This document shows positions 1 to 9,439 of a stretch of 64,000 nt of DNA, one piece after another. The notes beneath the pieces are model-generated. The model ran no database searches and had not been told where the DNA came from. It saw only the letters and a list, made by a program, of their open reading frames with translations. The stretch comes from Desulfobulbaceae bacterium (GTDB lineage Bacteria; Desulfobacterota; Desulfobulbia; Desulfobulbales; SURF-16): positions 3,568-67,567 of the forward strand of contig JAQIBE010000263.1 of assembly GCA_027859235.1 (NCBI GenBank), read 5' to 3'. How positions within the stretch are numbered: the stretch's first letter is position 1; each line of letters opens with the position of its first letter. The position numbers and the translations under genes are program-made.

Positions 1-5
1 GACGA

Positions 6-1253
6 ATGTGGAGAATGAATATGAATGGTGAAATCCTTGCCATTGGCAATGAACTGACCTCCGGGCGAATTATTAATTCCACCAGCTATTTTGCCGCAAG
101 TCATCTCTTTGCTGCAGGCCATAAGGTTGCAGCCATGGCCACGGTGGGTGATGATCCAAAACATATTGGCGAGGCACTTTTAAAGGCCATTCGTCGCGCT
201 GATTTCGTTGTGGTTACCGGGGGGTTGGGTTCCACCACGGATGATATTACCTCAGAAGCGGTTTCTGATGCCCTGGATCTGCCCCAGACCCTGTATCCTG
301 ACGTTCTTAATCTTATTAAAGAATGTGCGACGTTTCAAGAGATGCCTGCCATGGAAAAGATGGCCTGGCTCCCCTCCGGGGCTGAGGTGTTAAAGCCCGG
401 GGGGAAAATATCAGGGTTTATGCTCGTTTATGCCCAAAAGCCTATCTTTTTTCTGCCTGGTGTTCCTAAGCAGATGCGGGAGCTTATGCTGGATCGGGTT
501 ATCCCGCGGCTTGCCACGTGGCAGGAAAATTCTTTTTCCCTGGTACATCAGAAGCTCTTCAAGGTCTTCGGCCTGGAGGAAGCGGTGATTAATGACCGCC
601 TGGCTCATATAGAGGAAGGGGGTGATCATGTTCTTATCGGTTATTATCCCATGGGAGCTGAGGTGCATGTGAGTTTGACCGTGCGGGGGGAGAGCGCCGG
701 TCAGGCAGACAGCTTGTTTAAAGAAATGGCTGCGAAGATATCCTCTGCCCTTAGTGATGTGATTTATGGATATAATAATGAGACCATGTCTTCGGTGACA
801 GGGGCATTGCTTGCCCAAAAAGGGTTGAGTCTTGGCTGCGCTGAATCGTGCACAGGTGGTTTGATGTCCCATATGGTTACAGGTGTTGCTGGAAGTTCAC
901 AATATTTTCGCGGCGGCGTGGTGGCCTATGCCAATGGGGTGAAGGAGCAGATCCTGGGGGTGTCCAACCAAACATTGACGGGTTCCGGAACCGTGAGTGA
1001 AAAAACAGCCCTGGAAATGGCGCAGGGTGTGCGTGGTGTTACAAATGCCGATATTGGTCTTTCTATAACGGGTGTCGCAGGTCCTGGTGGCGGCACAGAG
1101 GAAAAACCTGTGGGGACAGTCTGCTTTGGCCTGGTATCCGAAACGAAAAGAGCAGGCTACACCTTCCATTTTTCTGGTACACGGGCCATGATCCAGGGGG
1201 CGGCTGCCACCATGGGGCTTGATCTGGTGCGCAGGCATCTCCTCGGCCTGTAG
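6..1253 (+). CDS. cinA: CinA-family competence/damage-inducible protein (MoCF-binding domain plus nicotinamide-nucleotide amidase domain)
   Basis: 415 aa ORF; N-term EILAIGNELTSGRIINSTSYF and VVVTGGLGSTTDD, C-term LGCAESCTGGLMSHMVTGVAGSS and GVAGPGGGTEEKPVGTV motifs. First few codons may lie upstream of the true start. Confidence 0.93.
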   Translation: MWRMNMNGEILAIGNELTSGRIINSTSYFAASHLFAAGHKVAAMATVGDDPKHIGEALLKAIRRADFVVVTGGLGSTTDDITSEAVSDALDLPQTLYPDVLNLIKECATFQEMPAMEKMAWLPSGAEVLKPGGKISGFMLVYAQKPIFFLPGVPKQMRELMLDRVIPRLATWQENSFSLVHQKLFKVFGLEEAVINDRLAHIEEGGDHVLIGYYPMGAEVHVSLTVRGESAGQADSLFKEMAAKISSALSDVIYGYNNETMSSVTGALLAQKGLSLGCAESCTGGLMSHMVTGVAGSSQYFRGGVVAYANGVKEQILGVSNQTLTGSGTVSEKTALEMAQGVRGVTNADIGLSITGVAGPGGGTEEKPVGTVCFGLVSETKRAGYTFHFSGTRAMIQGAAATMGLDLVRRHLLGL

Positions 1254-1404
1254 CGGCTTTTCCCTGCGTTACTCCATGTTCGTTTTTTATTCTGTTGATC
1301 AGGTCAAAAACATTTTGATTGCAGGGGTGGAAACGGGTATGTTGACGGATTCTTCAGGGGCTTAAGGGTCTCATCATTACCAATTTTACTTAAATGACAT
1401 AGAT

Positions 1405-2262
1405 ATGTATTTTCAAGACATTATATTTGAACTGAATAAATACTGGGCAGAGCAGGGGTGTGTCATTATGCAACCCTACGATATGGAGGTTGGGGCCGGG
1501 ACATTTCACCCTGCAACCTTATTACGTGCCCTTGGGTCTAAACCGTGGAAGGCCGCCTATGTGCAACCTTCCAGGCGGCCAACGGATGGTCGCTATGGCG
1601 AAAATCCCAACCGTTTGCAGCATTATTACCAGTACCAGGTGGTCATGAAGCCGTCGCCGGCCAATCCCCAGGAGTTGTATCTTGGAAGCCTGGAACGTTT
1701 CAACCTTGACCTCCTCAGCCATGATATCCGTTTTGTTGAGGATGACTGGGAATCACCCACCCTGGGTGCCAGTGGACTTGGCTGGGAGGTGTGGCTAGAT
1801 GGCATGGAGATAACCCAGTTTACCTATTTTCAGATGGCAGGTTCCCAGGAATTAAAGCCCGTAACCGTGGAGATCACCTATGGCCTTGAACGTATTGCCA
1901 TGTATCTGCAGGGGGTGAATTCAGTCTATGATCTTGACTGGAATGAAAACACAAAATATGGCGAAATCTTTCTGGAGAATGAAAAACAATTTTCTGCCTT
2001 CAATTTTGAATATGCCAATGTGGAATTTTTGAGTGGTTACTTTGACTCCTGTGAAGCCGAGGCCCATAAACTGGTGGGGGTGGGTCTTCCTTTGCCCGCC
2101 TATGACTATTGCTTGAAATGTTCCCATACCTTTAACCTGCTGGATGCCAGAAAGGCCATATCCGTAGCTGAACGGACCCGTTATATTGGCCGTATCCGTG
2201 CCATTGCCCGTAATGTGGCTGATGCTATGGTGGCTAAGGAAAAGGAAGTGGAAGAGAGGTGA
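1405..2262 (+). CDS. glyQ: glycyl-tRNA synthetase alpha subunit
   Basis: 285 aa; [44 protein letters not shown] and [22 protein letters not shown] are diagnostic. Ends in TGA. Confidence 0.97.
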   Translation: MYFQDIIFELNKYWAEQGCVIMQPYDMEVGAGTFHPATLLRALGSKPWKAAYVQPSRRPTDGRYGENPNRLQHYYQYQVVMKPSPANPQELYLGSLERFNLDLLSHDIRFVEDDWESPTLGASGLGWEVWLDGMEITQFTYFQMAGSQELKPVTVEITYGLERIAMYLQGVNSVYDLDWNENTKYGEIFLENEKQFSAFNFEYANVEFLSGYFDSCEAEAHKLVGVGLPLPAYDYCLKCSHTFNLLDARKAISVAERTRYIGRIRAIARNVADAMVAKEKEVEER

Positions 2263-2271
2263 CAGCCGAAA

Positions 2272-2369
2272 TGGCGGAAGTGCATGGGAATCGAACCCAC
2301 CTACCAGGCTATTAACCCAGTACATCAGATTTGAAATCTGAGAGGGCCACCAGTGCCCTTACCACTTCC
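2272..2369 (-). tRNA. selC: tRNA-Sec (anticodon TCA)
   Basis: Reverse complement GGAAGTGGTAAGGGCACTGGTGGCCCTCTCAGATTTCAAATCTGATG...GGTGGGTTCGATTCCCATGCACTTCCGCCA: Sec-type GGAAG acceptor, long variable arm, TTCAAAT anticodon loop, encoded CCA. Confidence 0.93.
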
Positions 2370-2550
2370 GTGTGTGCTTGTTGAGGTGAGTAAGATAGTT
2401 TTTATTCCGCTGGGAAGCAACTTTTTTTTAGGATTTGCAGCGAAACTCCGTGAATTTTCATTATGGATGCTGTAAGTAGATGCGCTAGTGTTATTTTTGG
2501 CTATAGATTGTATGTAAAATAAGAACAAATTCGGGTGCGTAGAGTCAGTT

Positions 2551-3054
2551 ATGGAATGTAAACGTTTAAATAGAATGATTCGTGATTGGTATGTGCAGGT
2601 GCAGGATGAAACATTGGCACCGGCTCGAATGGTTGAATTTATGCAGGATCATGCTGCTACCTGTGATACCTGTTTTGTTGATCCCAATATTGATGAGGAA
2701 ATTAAGAAGATCATCGCCATTGTCCTGCCGCCATCGAAGATGACGAAGAAGCCTAAGAAGAAGATCGCATCCTTAGAGCCGACGGCAGCAGCCCTTGCAG
2801 CTATTGAAGCTGGAAAAGATGCTGCCGTTAAATCTGATGCTGACGATGATGCTGACGATGATGATGAAATTGAAGTCGGCGATGATGACGACGACGATGA
2901 TGATAAAAGCAAAGTCGGCGATGATGACGATGACGATGATAAAAGCGAAGTTGGCGATGCTGACGACGATGATGATAAAATCAAAGTTGGCAAGGCCGAT
3001 AGTGATAGTGATACCCCGGATGTCCCTTCCTTAGAGGATGCCGATCTGAAATAG
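2551..3054 (+). CDS. hypothetical protein with Asp-rich tandem-repeat C-terminal half
   Basis: 167 aa; DDDDEIEVGDDDDDDDDKSKVGDDDDDDDKSEVGDADDDDDKIKVG. Hairpin plus T-run follows the stop. Confidence 0.7.
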   Translation: MECKRLNRMIRDWYVQVQDETLAPARMVEFMQDHAATCDTCFVDPNIDEEIKKIIAIVLPPSKMTKKPKKKIASLEPTAAALAAIEAGKDAAVKSDADDDADDDDEIEVGDDDDDDDDKSKVGDDDDDDDKSEVGDADDDDDKIKVGKADSDSDTPDVPSLEDADLK

Positions 3055-3078
3055 CATTGCAGTTGTCTTGTATAACAG

Positions 3079-3117
3079 AAACAGGGTTGCAAAATTTAAT
3101 TTTTGCAATCCTGTTTT
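3079..3117. terminator. bidirectional-looking intrinsic terminator between the Asp-rich ORF and the PPDK-like gene
   Basis: AAACAGGGTTGCAAAA-atttaa-TTTTGCAATCCTGTTTT inverted repeat between convergent genes. Confidence 0.7.
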
Positions 3118-3121
3118 GCGT

Positions 3122-6100
3122 TTACATGGGGAGGATATGCACTTCTTCCTTAAATGGATGTCTGCCTTTAATAAATAAGCCTTTTCTGCCGTCGATTGAG
3201 ATCCAGTCGCCAAAACGAATGGTATGTTCGTTGATATGACATTCCTGTTCTGCTTCAAAGACCTTCATGGAGCGGCACCCCACTACACAGGTTTTCTGCA
3301 AACGCAGGGCGATGACTGAGGCATGGGAGGTTTGGCCGCCCCGTGCAGTGAGTAACCCGTCCGCTGTTGAAATCTCCTTGATATCTTCCGGTACGGTGTC
3401 CTGGCGAATAAGGATGAGTGGTGTGTCCGGTTCTTTGGCCCGTAATTCAAGAATATTGTCAGCCGTAAAGACAGCTCGACCTGAAAGAGCTGACCCCCCC
3501 ACACCAATACCCTTCCCTAATATATTCTTGGAAAAATTACCATTGTCGAGGAACACATTGAACTGTTCCCGCTTCTTAATGGTAATCATATCCCGTGTCT
3601 GCAGGATATGCAGATCATCCTTTGCCAACCCCTCAAAGGTGAATTCAATCTCCTGGGGGTTCCATTGTTTTTCATACACGAGGTTTCTGGCAATTACCAG
3701 AAGCTCTTCGTACACGGCCGGGGCCTTGATTTCGAGACTGGACTCAATGGGCCTCCCATCAAGCCCGGCCTGTTCTGCTGAAATGGGATTGGTGCTCACA
3801 AGGCCGCTGACAATATCTTCGCCCTGATCACCATTGGCGTAATCACCCCATAATGCCACCCGTCGTACCTGGCGATAGGGGTGGGCGGTGAAGACAACGC
3901 CGCTGCCTGAATCCTGACTCGTGTTGCCGTACACCATGGACTGAACAATGACAGCGGTTCCCCAATAATCAGAGACCCCCATGAGATTACGGTAATCCTT
4001 TGTCTTTGTCTGGTCCCATGATGAGAAAACCATAGCAATGGATGCAAGGAGTTGGATCCATGGGTCATCAGGGATACCGATGCCTAAGCTACGTATCTTC
4101 TGTTGATAGGACAGGGCCAGTTCTTCCATTTGCTTGGGGGTGAATTGTGCCTTCCTGGAGATACCGTATTTGTCTTTGGCCTTATTCATCAGGGCTTGGA
4201 ACTCTTCACGGTCAATGTTGCAGCACATGGCCCACGATTGGAGAAAGCGCCGGTAATTATCCCAGGCCAGAAACTGTTGGTCTTTTGTCCGGGCCATGGC
4301 CCGGACAATCTCTTCGTTTAAGCCGATATTATGGATGGTGGCCATCATGCCCGGCATGGAAATGGACGCCCCGCTGCGCACTGAAACGAAGAGCGGGTTG
4401 GTGGTGCTGCCGTATTTTTTGCCGCTCTCTTCTTCCAGTTGCGTCAGGGCCTCTCTGATGCGGTGGATGTAATCTGCCTTGGCCTGGGGGAAGGCTTGAA
4501 TAACCGACCAGCAGCGAAAGACCTCTGTGGTAATAACAAAGCCCGGGGGAACAGGTTTGTTGTCCCCCTTGAGCAGGGTGAGGTTGAACCCCTTGTTGCC
4601 GAGGAGAACCAGGTTTTTGGCGGTGGCGTTGGTCTGACCCAGGTGATGGAGGATTTTATCCGTATTATAGGTCATGAGCAGGTCGAGCTGCTCTTCGGAA
4701 AGGCGTTCCCGCTGGCGTACCAGGGTCTGGTAGACATTGGTGATGAAGTTGTCGAGATGCTGCAACCCAAAGGTGGTGGCGATGAGGTCACGCATGAACG
4801 CCTCTGAGAGCTGAAGAATATTATTCGGTTCGCTGGTGTCCTCGCTTGGCTTGAGCATATTGCGATATTTTGCCAGGAGGCTGGGGCTGCTTATCTGGGG
4901 GATGATAATAGAGAGATTGTTTTGGTGAATATTGGTGTAATTGGCGTAAATGACATCCTTCACCCCTTCGGAAAGGCCCTTGAAGATATCCAGGTATTGG
5001 GTGTAGGAGAATCGTTCAAGTCCCAGGGAGTTTGACAGGAGTGAGACATAGGTCTCCAGTTTACGGCTGGTGATGCCGTCGATACGCAGGGCGCGGATGT
5101 ATAGCCGCAGACATTTCACCACGCGGATAAATGTGGCCTTGGTAATGAAGTGGGACGGGATCATATCCGGCATTTTTTCCAGATAGATATTGGCGAGATT
5201 TTCCAGCCGGAAGGTCAGACTCAGCGCATCAAATTTTTTCTCCCGATATCTGCCGTAGACAGAGGGGATATCCACCGCAATATGCCGTTTATGAAAGATG
5301 TCTTCCCGGGCTGTAAAGATCTCCTCGCTGAGGATGATGGCTTTAAGCTTTTCAAGATGGACAAGGAGGGAGTTCAAACATTGGAAGTTGTCGCACAGGA
5401 CTAGATCTTCCAGCAACGGCTGCAGCTCAGGGAAACCCGTTGCCACTGCTTCTTGAAGTTGCTGCCGGATTTCCTGAAAGCCGAGGTTATATTTTTGATC
5501 CAGTAGTTTATACATCTCAACCAGGAGGCTAAAGCGGTTGCGCTCACCTTCATTGAGGTCCACCTGCAGGTTGAGGAACTTCTGCAGCCGTTGCTGGTCA
5601 ATGAGGAGCAGATCCTCTTCTCTTTTCACCTTGGAGAGCTGAAAGATCCGTTTGGTGAGGAGATGGAGATGGTCAACAAAGGGCCCCGATGTAGAGATCT
5701 GGGCCATGATTTCTGCGGGGAGGTACTCCTGCAGGTGGGATTTGTCCAGGGTATGCCAGAAACGGACAATTCCACGGATGAAGTCGACAATGAGGTTCGA
5801 GCTTTCCACATGGGACTGCTTGCGCAGGAAATGGATGAGAATGTCCTTACGCTTATGGATCTCGTCAATTTCGGTTGAGACATCACGCAACTTTCCCTCT
5901 GCGCCAATTTCATTAAAGAACACCGGCATGAGTTTGGTGAATTGTTTCACCAGGTTATACACCGGTTCAATGGGATAGTTGAGCAGACCCGTGATGTCAC
6001 GCTGGAAAAGGTCGGTATCCTTGACGCAGGTGCCGGTGAATTTGATATTGATGATGAGGGCGGAAAAGAGGGTGGCGCACCATTTCGGCTCCTGACCGAT

Positions 6101-7354
6101 GAGATGGAGCCACGCCCGGACATTGGTCAGGTGAGCGGGGTTGGTGATGGGCTGCCACTCTTCATCCACCCCGGCAACATTGGCGTATTGAAAACCGAAG
6201 CGCACCGCCTCCCAGAGGAATGTTTCGGCAAGTCTCGATGAGCCACGGGTGAACACCTCGGAGCCCAGCACCTGAATGCATTGCAACGAGGTGTGTGGGT
6301 ACCGTTTCACATTATCCTTCAGCAGCTGCATGGTGGTGAGGAGAAAGGATTCAATCTCCTCGTAGGGCTGTTTATGAATCAGGCTCACAAGGGAGCGGTT
6401 GATCTCGCGCAGTGATTCCTCATGAATGAGGTACAGCCCTGATGTGTCCATGATCCGAAACAGGAATATCAGCTTGCGGGTTTCCACATAGCGGTCATCC
6501 TTAGCCTTATCTGGATCAAGGGTTGTCATGAGCTGGGAGGGGATATCCTTATAAAAGCGGACGATATCCATGTGGGACGGGAGCTCCAGCAAGGTCTGGA
6601 GAGAATCTTTTCCCTTGATTGTAATGGTTCTGGCACAATCCAGATGGGCCGCGATCTGCTCGTGAGAAATCGCTGAAAACCGTGAGCCTGCCTGCCAATC
6701 CGTGCAGCGGGTTCCGCATTCCTTTTGAAACCACGGCAGGGGATCTTCTTCGCCGAGCCAATAGGTGTAATTTAAGACGAGTACTCTTTGGAAGAGACTT
6801 GTACAGGATCTTAGGTCAAAGTCCGGGTTGTTTTCGCTGTAGCGCAGTAAGGTCTGCGCCATTTTTTTCATGGGGTGATGCCCCTGGACCATGAACATCA
6901 TGGCTGCATCGTCAAGGGTTTCCATGGCCTTGAAGAATTGATCCACTGGTCTCTGGAAGTCCAGCAGACGATTTTCCACCATGGACAGGAACTTCTGCAC
7001 GTAGGCCAGTAATGACTCCATTCCCAGCCCCACGAGCTGATCATTCTTCTGCACCTCGGAGATGGCCTGGAGGAATATGCCGGTGAAAAGAGTGAAACTC
7101 TCGGCAACATTATCATGTTTTGCGTAGATTGGACTGTTTTTCAGAACAAAGGTGCGAAGTTTGGGGAGGAGTAAGGTCCAGTTGCGGAACGGGTGACATA
7201 TCTCCAGGAGCAGGTCTTCAATATTACGGTGGATGCCGCGGTAGTCGGCAACCATCTCGCAGAGGGGGATGAGTTCAGGTGTAATAACAACCTCGTCAAC
7301 GGCTGTTTCCTGAAGGTTTGCCTTGAGGGCGTTGGATGTGTGTTCTGTGGGCAT
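3122..7354 (-). CDS. PEP/pyruvate-binding (PPDK_N ATP-grasp) plus PEP-utilizing His-domain protein with a very long N-terminal region
   Basis: 1410 aa; LLGNKGFNLTLLKGDNKPVPPGFVITTEVF, SVRSGASISMPGMMATIHNIGLN and TADGLLTARGGQTSHASVIALRLQKTCVVG; no recognisable PEP-binding TIM barrel after the His domain. Confidence 0.85.
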   Translation of the reverse strand: MPTEHTSNALKANLQETAVDEVVITPELIPLCEMVADYRGIHRNIEDLLLEICHPFRNWTLLLPKLRTFVLKNSPIYAKHDNVAESFTLFTGIFLQAISEVQKNDQLVGLGMESLLAYVQKFLSMVENRLLDFQRPVDQFFKAMETLDDAAMMFMVQGHHPMKKMAQTLLRYSENNPDFDLRSCTSLFQRVLVLNYTYWLGEEDPLPWFQKECGTRCTDWQAGSRFSAISHEQIAAHLDCARTITIKGKDSLQTLLELPSHMDIVRFYKDIPSQLMTTLDPDKAKDDRYVETRKLIFLFRIMDTSGLYLIHEESLREINRSLVSLIHKQPYEEIESFLLTTMQLLKDNVKRYPHTSLQCIQVLGSEVFTRGSSRLAETFLWEAVRFGFQYANVAGVDEEWQPITNPAHLTNVRAWLHLIGQEPKWCATLFSALIINIKFTGTCVKDTDLFQRDITGLLNYPIEPVYNLVKQFTKLMPVFFNEIGAEGKLRDVSTEIDEIHKRKDILIHFLRKQSHVESSNLIVDFIRGIVRFWHTLDKSHLQEYLPAEIMAQISTSGPFVDHLHLLTKRIFQLSKVKREEDLLLIDQQRLQKFLNLQVDLNEGERNRFSLLVEMYKLLDQKYNLGFQEIRQQLQEAVATGFPELQPLLEDLVLCDNFQCLNSLLVHLEKLKAIILSEEIFTAREDIFHKRHIAVDIPSVYGRYREKKFDALSLTFRLENLANIYLEKMPDMIPSHFITKATFIRVVKCLRLYIRALRIDGITSRKLETYVSLLSNSLGLERFSYTQYLDIFKGLSEGVKDVIYANYTNIHQNNLSIIIPQISSPSLLAKYRNMLKPSEDTSEPNNILQLSEAFMRDLIATTFGLQHLDNFITNVYQTLVRQRERLSEEQLDLLMTYNTDKILHHLGQTNATAKNLVLLGNKGFNLTLLKGDNKPVPPGFVITTEVFRCWSVIQAFPQAKADYIHRIREALTQLEEESGKKYGSTTNPLFVSVRSGASISMPGMMATIHNIGLNEEIVRAMARTKDQQFLAWDNYRRFLQSWAMCCNIDREEFQALMNKAKDKYGISRKAQFTPKQMEELALSYQQKIRSLGIGIPDDPWIQLLASIAMVFSSWDQTKTKDYRNLMGVSDYWGTAVIVQSMVYGNTSQDSGSGVVFTAHPYRQVRRVALWGDYANGDQGEDIVSGLVSTNPISAEQAGLDGRPIESSLEIKAPAVYEELLVIARNLVYEKQWNPQEIEFTFEGLAKDDLHILQTRDMITIKKREQFNVFLDNGNFSKNILGKGIGVGGSALSGRAVFTADNILELRAKEPDTPLILIRQDTVPEDIKEISTADGLLTARGGQTSHASVIALRLQKTCVVGCRSMKVFEAEQECHINEHTIRFGDWISIDGRKGLFIKGRHPFKEEVHILPM

Positions 7355-7451
7355 GGCTTAATGAAAGGTAAAAGGTGAAAGGTGAGGGGTGAGGGGGGTG
7401 GGGAGGAGTGGAGTGCGAAATCTCCTCCCTCCTCACTCTTAACACCTGACG

Positions 7452-8456
7452 TTAAAGGATCTTCTGACGTTCCATGAGCAGGATCAGGTCAAGCACGCGG
7501 TTGGAATAGCCCCACTCGTTGTCATACCAGGAAAGTATTTTGACCATATTGCCGATGACCTTGGTGGATTGGCCGTCAACCACAGAAGAATGCGGATTGC
7601 CCTTATAGTCGATGGATACCAGCGGTTCATCTGAATAGCCGAGATAACGGTTTGCTGCCTCCTTCAGGGCCGCATTTACTTCAGGTACGGTGGTTTCTTT
7701 TTCCACCTCTATGACCGCATCCACCAGGGATACATTGGGGGTTGGGACCCGTATCGCCAGCCCGTCAAACTTTCCTTTTAATTCGGGAAGAACCAGGGAT
7801 ACGGCGGCGGCTGCCCCGGTGTTGGTTGGAATCATAGACATGGCCGCGGCTCTGGCGCGGCGCAGGTCGCCATGGGGGAAATCCAGCAGACGCTGATCGC
7901 CTGTGTAGGCATGCACCGTGGTCATGAGTCCTTTTTTGATGCCGAATTTGTCGAGAATGACCTTGGCAAAAGGCGCCAGACAGTTGGTGGTGCACGAGGC
8001 ATTGGAAACAATATGATCGGTGGCAGGATCATACTCATGGTCATTGACACCCATGACAATGGTGCGCAGATTCCCCTTGGCGGGTGCGGAGATAATGACC
8101 TTCTGGGCGCCTCCATCCAGATGGGCCCCGGCTTTTTCGTCGGTGCAGAAGAGCCCTGTGGATTCAACAACGTAATCCGCGCCACCAGTGGACCATGGTA
8201 TGTCCGATGGGCTGCGGTGGTTGGTGATCATGATCTCCCGGCCGTCAACCATGATGCCTTTCTCGGTGGCGGCCACCTCCCTATTATAGACCCCCATGAT
8301 CGAATCATATTTAAGGAGGTGGGCTGTGGTTTTATTATCTGTGAGATCATTGATTGCCACAATCTCAATGTCTTTAAAGAGCGGGTCAAGATCAATAGCC
8401 CGAAAAATATTACGTCCGATACGGCCAAAACCGTTAATCCCAACTTTGATAGTCAT
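7452..8456 (-). CDS. gap: glyceraldehyde-3-phosphate dehydrogenase, type I
   Basis: 334 aa; KVGINGFGRIGRNIFRA, SNASCTTNCLAPFAKVI, SWYDNEWGYSNRVLDL. Confidence 0.97.
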   Translation of the reverse strand: MTIKVGINGFGRIGRNIFRAIDLDPLFKDIEIVAINDLTDNKTTAHLLKYDSIMGVYNREVAATEKGIMVDGREIMITNHRSPSDIPWSTGGADYVVESTGLFCTDEKAGAHLDGGAQKVIISAPAKGNLRTIVMGVNDHEYDPATDHIVSNASCTTNCLAPFAKVILDKFGIKKGLMTTVHAYTGDQRLLDFPHGDLRRARAAAMSMIPTNTGAAAAVSLVLPELKGKFDGLAIRVPTPNVSLVDAVIEVEKETTVPEVNAALKEAANRYLGYSDEPLVSIDYKGNPHSSVVDGQSTKVIGNMVKILSWYDNEWGYSNRVLDLILLMERQKIL

Positions 8457-8620
8457 GGTGGATCTCCTGCTTTTTTTAAGATGAAGATTGCAAGTTAAAA
8501 CTGCGGTGCTGGAGGTGCGAGGGGGTGAGCCTCCAGCGCCTTACCTGGGTTTGTCTGCTGTGATAAAAAAAGTTTATCACACCTGTTTTAGGATCGCGTC
8601 ATAGTTTGCAAAAAAAAAGA

Positions 8621-9439
8621 CTAGTTTTTCAGGTGATCCCGGTCGCGCAGCATGGCGCGGATGATATAGGTTTGCCGCCTGGGTTCGGAAAGATCAGGGT
8701 TGATGGCAAGGGACTCTTCGTAGGCCTTGAGAGATTCTGGCAGCCACTGGCCCATGAAATAACTCTTTCCGGCCTGGACATAGCCAGCCTCTGGTTGATA
8801 GGGGAACATATGGCTGAATAGTTCCAGGGTTGATTTGCCCCATAAGGACTGTCCCAGTTCTTCTTCAATGAGAAGACGCAGGAGGAGGTCATTGCCCGTT
8901 TGCTCCGCAAGCATGAGGTATAGCAGCTCGTTGGCCTTGGCAAAGAGAAGGGACAGGGTTGCAGCCTGTTGGTGTATCTCCTCAATGGTTGTGTCAATGA
9001 AACCGGTCTGGCTGGTGTCAGCTGGTTCTGCGGTCAGGGTTCCCGTGTGAAACCGCACCATATTGATGTTTGCCTGCAGCTTTATTGCGGCATGGAAGAG
9101 CGCTTGCACACTCCAGTTGAGGCGCTGGCTATGTGGTTCAGCGAAGCTGTTTTCGCTCCAAAGACTATGGCTGAGATCGTTGAGTTGGTGGAGGGACTCT
9201 GGTCCCACGGGGAGATCCATGGTTGGTATTTTGGTCCCCCTGTTGTGGAGGAACTCCTCGTGTTGGTCTGCAAACTCTGTGTAATTCGTGCAGAAAAGGG
9301 CGTAAAATTTGCGGATGAAATAATTGCGCCGTCTGGAAAGCCACATGTTGGCCGGCAGCTTATCTGGGCCGGTGAAGGTTACTCTCTGCACCACGCCTCC
9401 CTGTACAGCTTGATGTATTGATCTTTGACCTTGCTCCAC
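8621..9439 (-). CDS. hypothetical protein, TPR-like C-terminus
   Basis: 272 aa ORF; C-term GQWLPESLKAYEESLAINPDLSEP looks TPR-like. It overlaps glgA by about 60 nt as called, so the true start is probably internal. Confidence 0.6.
   Translation of the reverse strand: MEQGQRSIHQAVQGGVVQRVTFTGPDKLPANMWLSRRRNYFIRKFYALFCTNYTEFADQHEEFLHNRGTKIPTMDLPVGPESLHQLNDLSHSLWSENSFAEPHSQRLNWSVQALFHAAIKLQANINMVRFHTGTLTAEPADTSQTGFIDTTIEEIHQQAATLSLLFAKANELLYLMLAEQTGNDLLLRLLIEEELGQSLWGKSTLELFSHMFPYQPEAGYVQAGKSYFMGQWLPESLKAYEESLAINPDLSEPRRQTYIIRAMLRDRDHLKN

Noticed and set aside
411-872. 153-aa minus-strand ORF
   Set aside because: Antisense shadow ORF inside cinA without recognisable domain.
2649-3092. Ser-rich 147-aa minus-strand ORF
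   Set aside because: Reverse-complement artefact of the GAT/GAC Asp repeats (reads as SSSSSS).
3267-3827. 186-aa plus-strand ORF
   Set aside because: Antisense to the strongly supported PPDK-like coding region.
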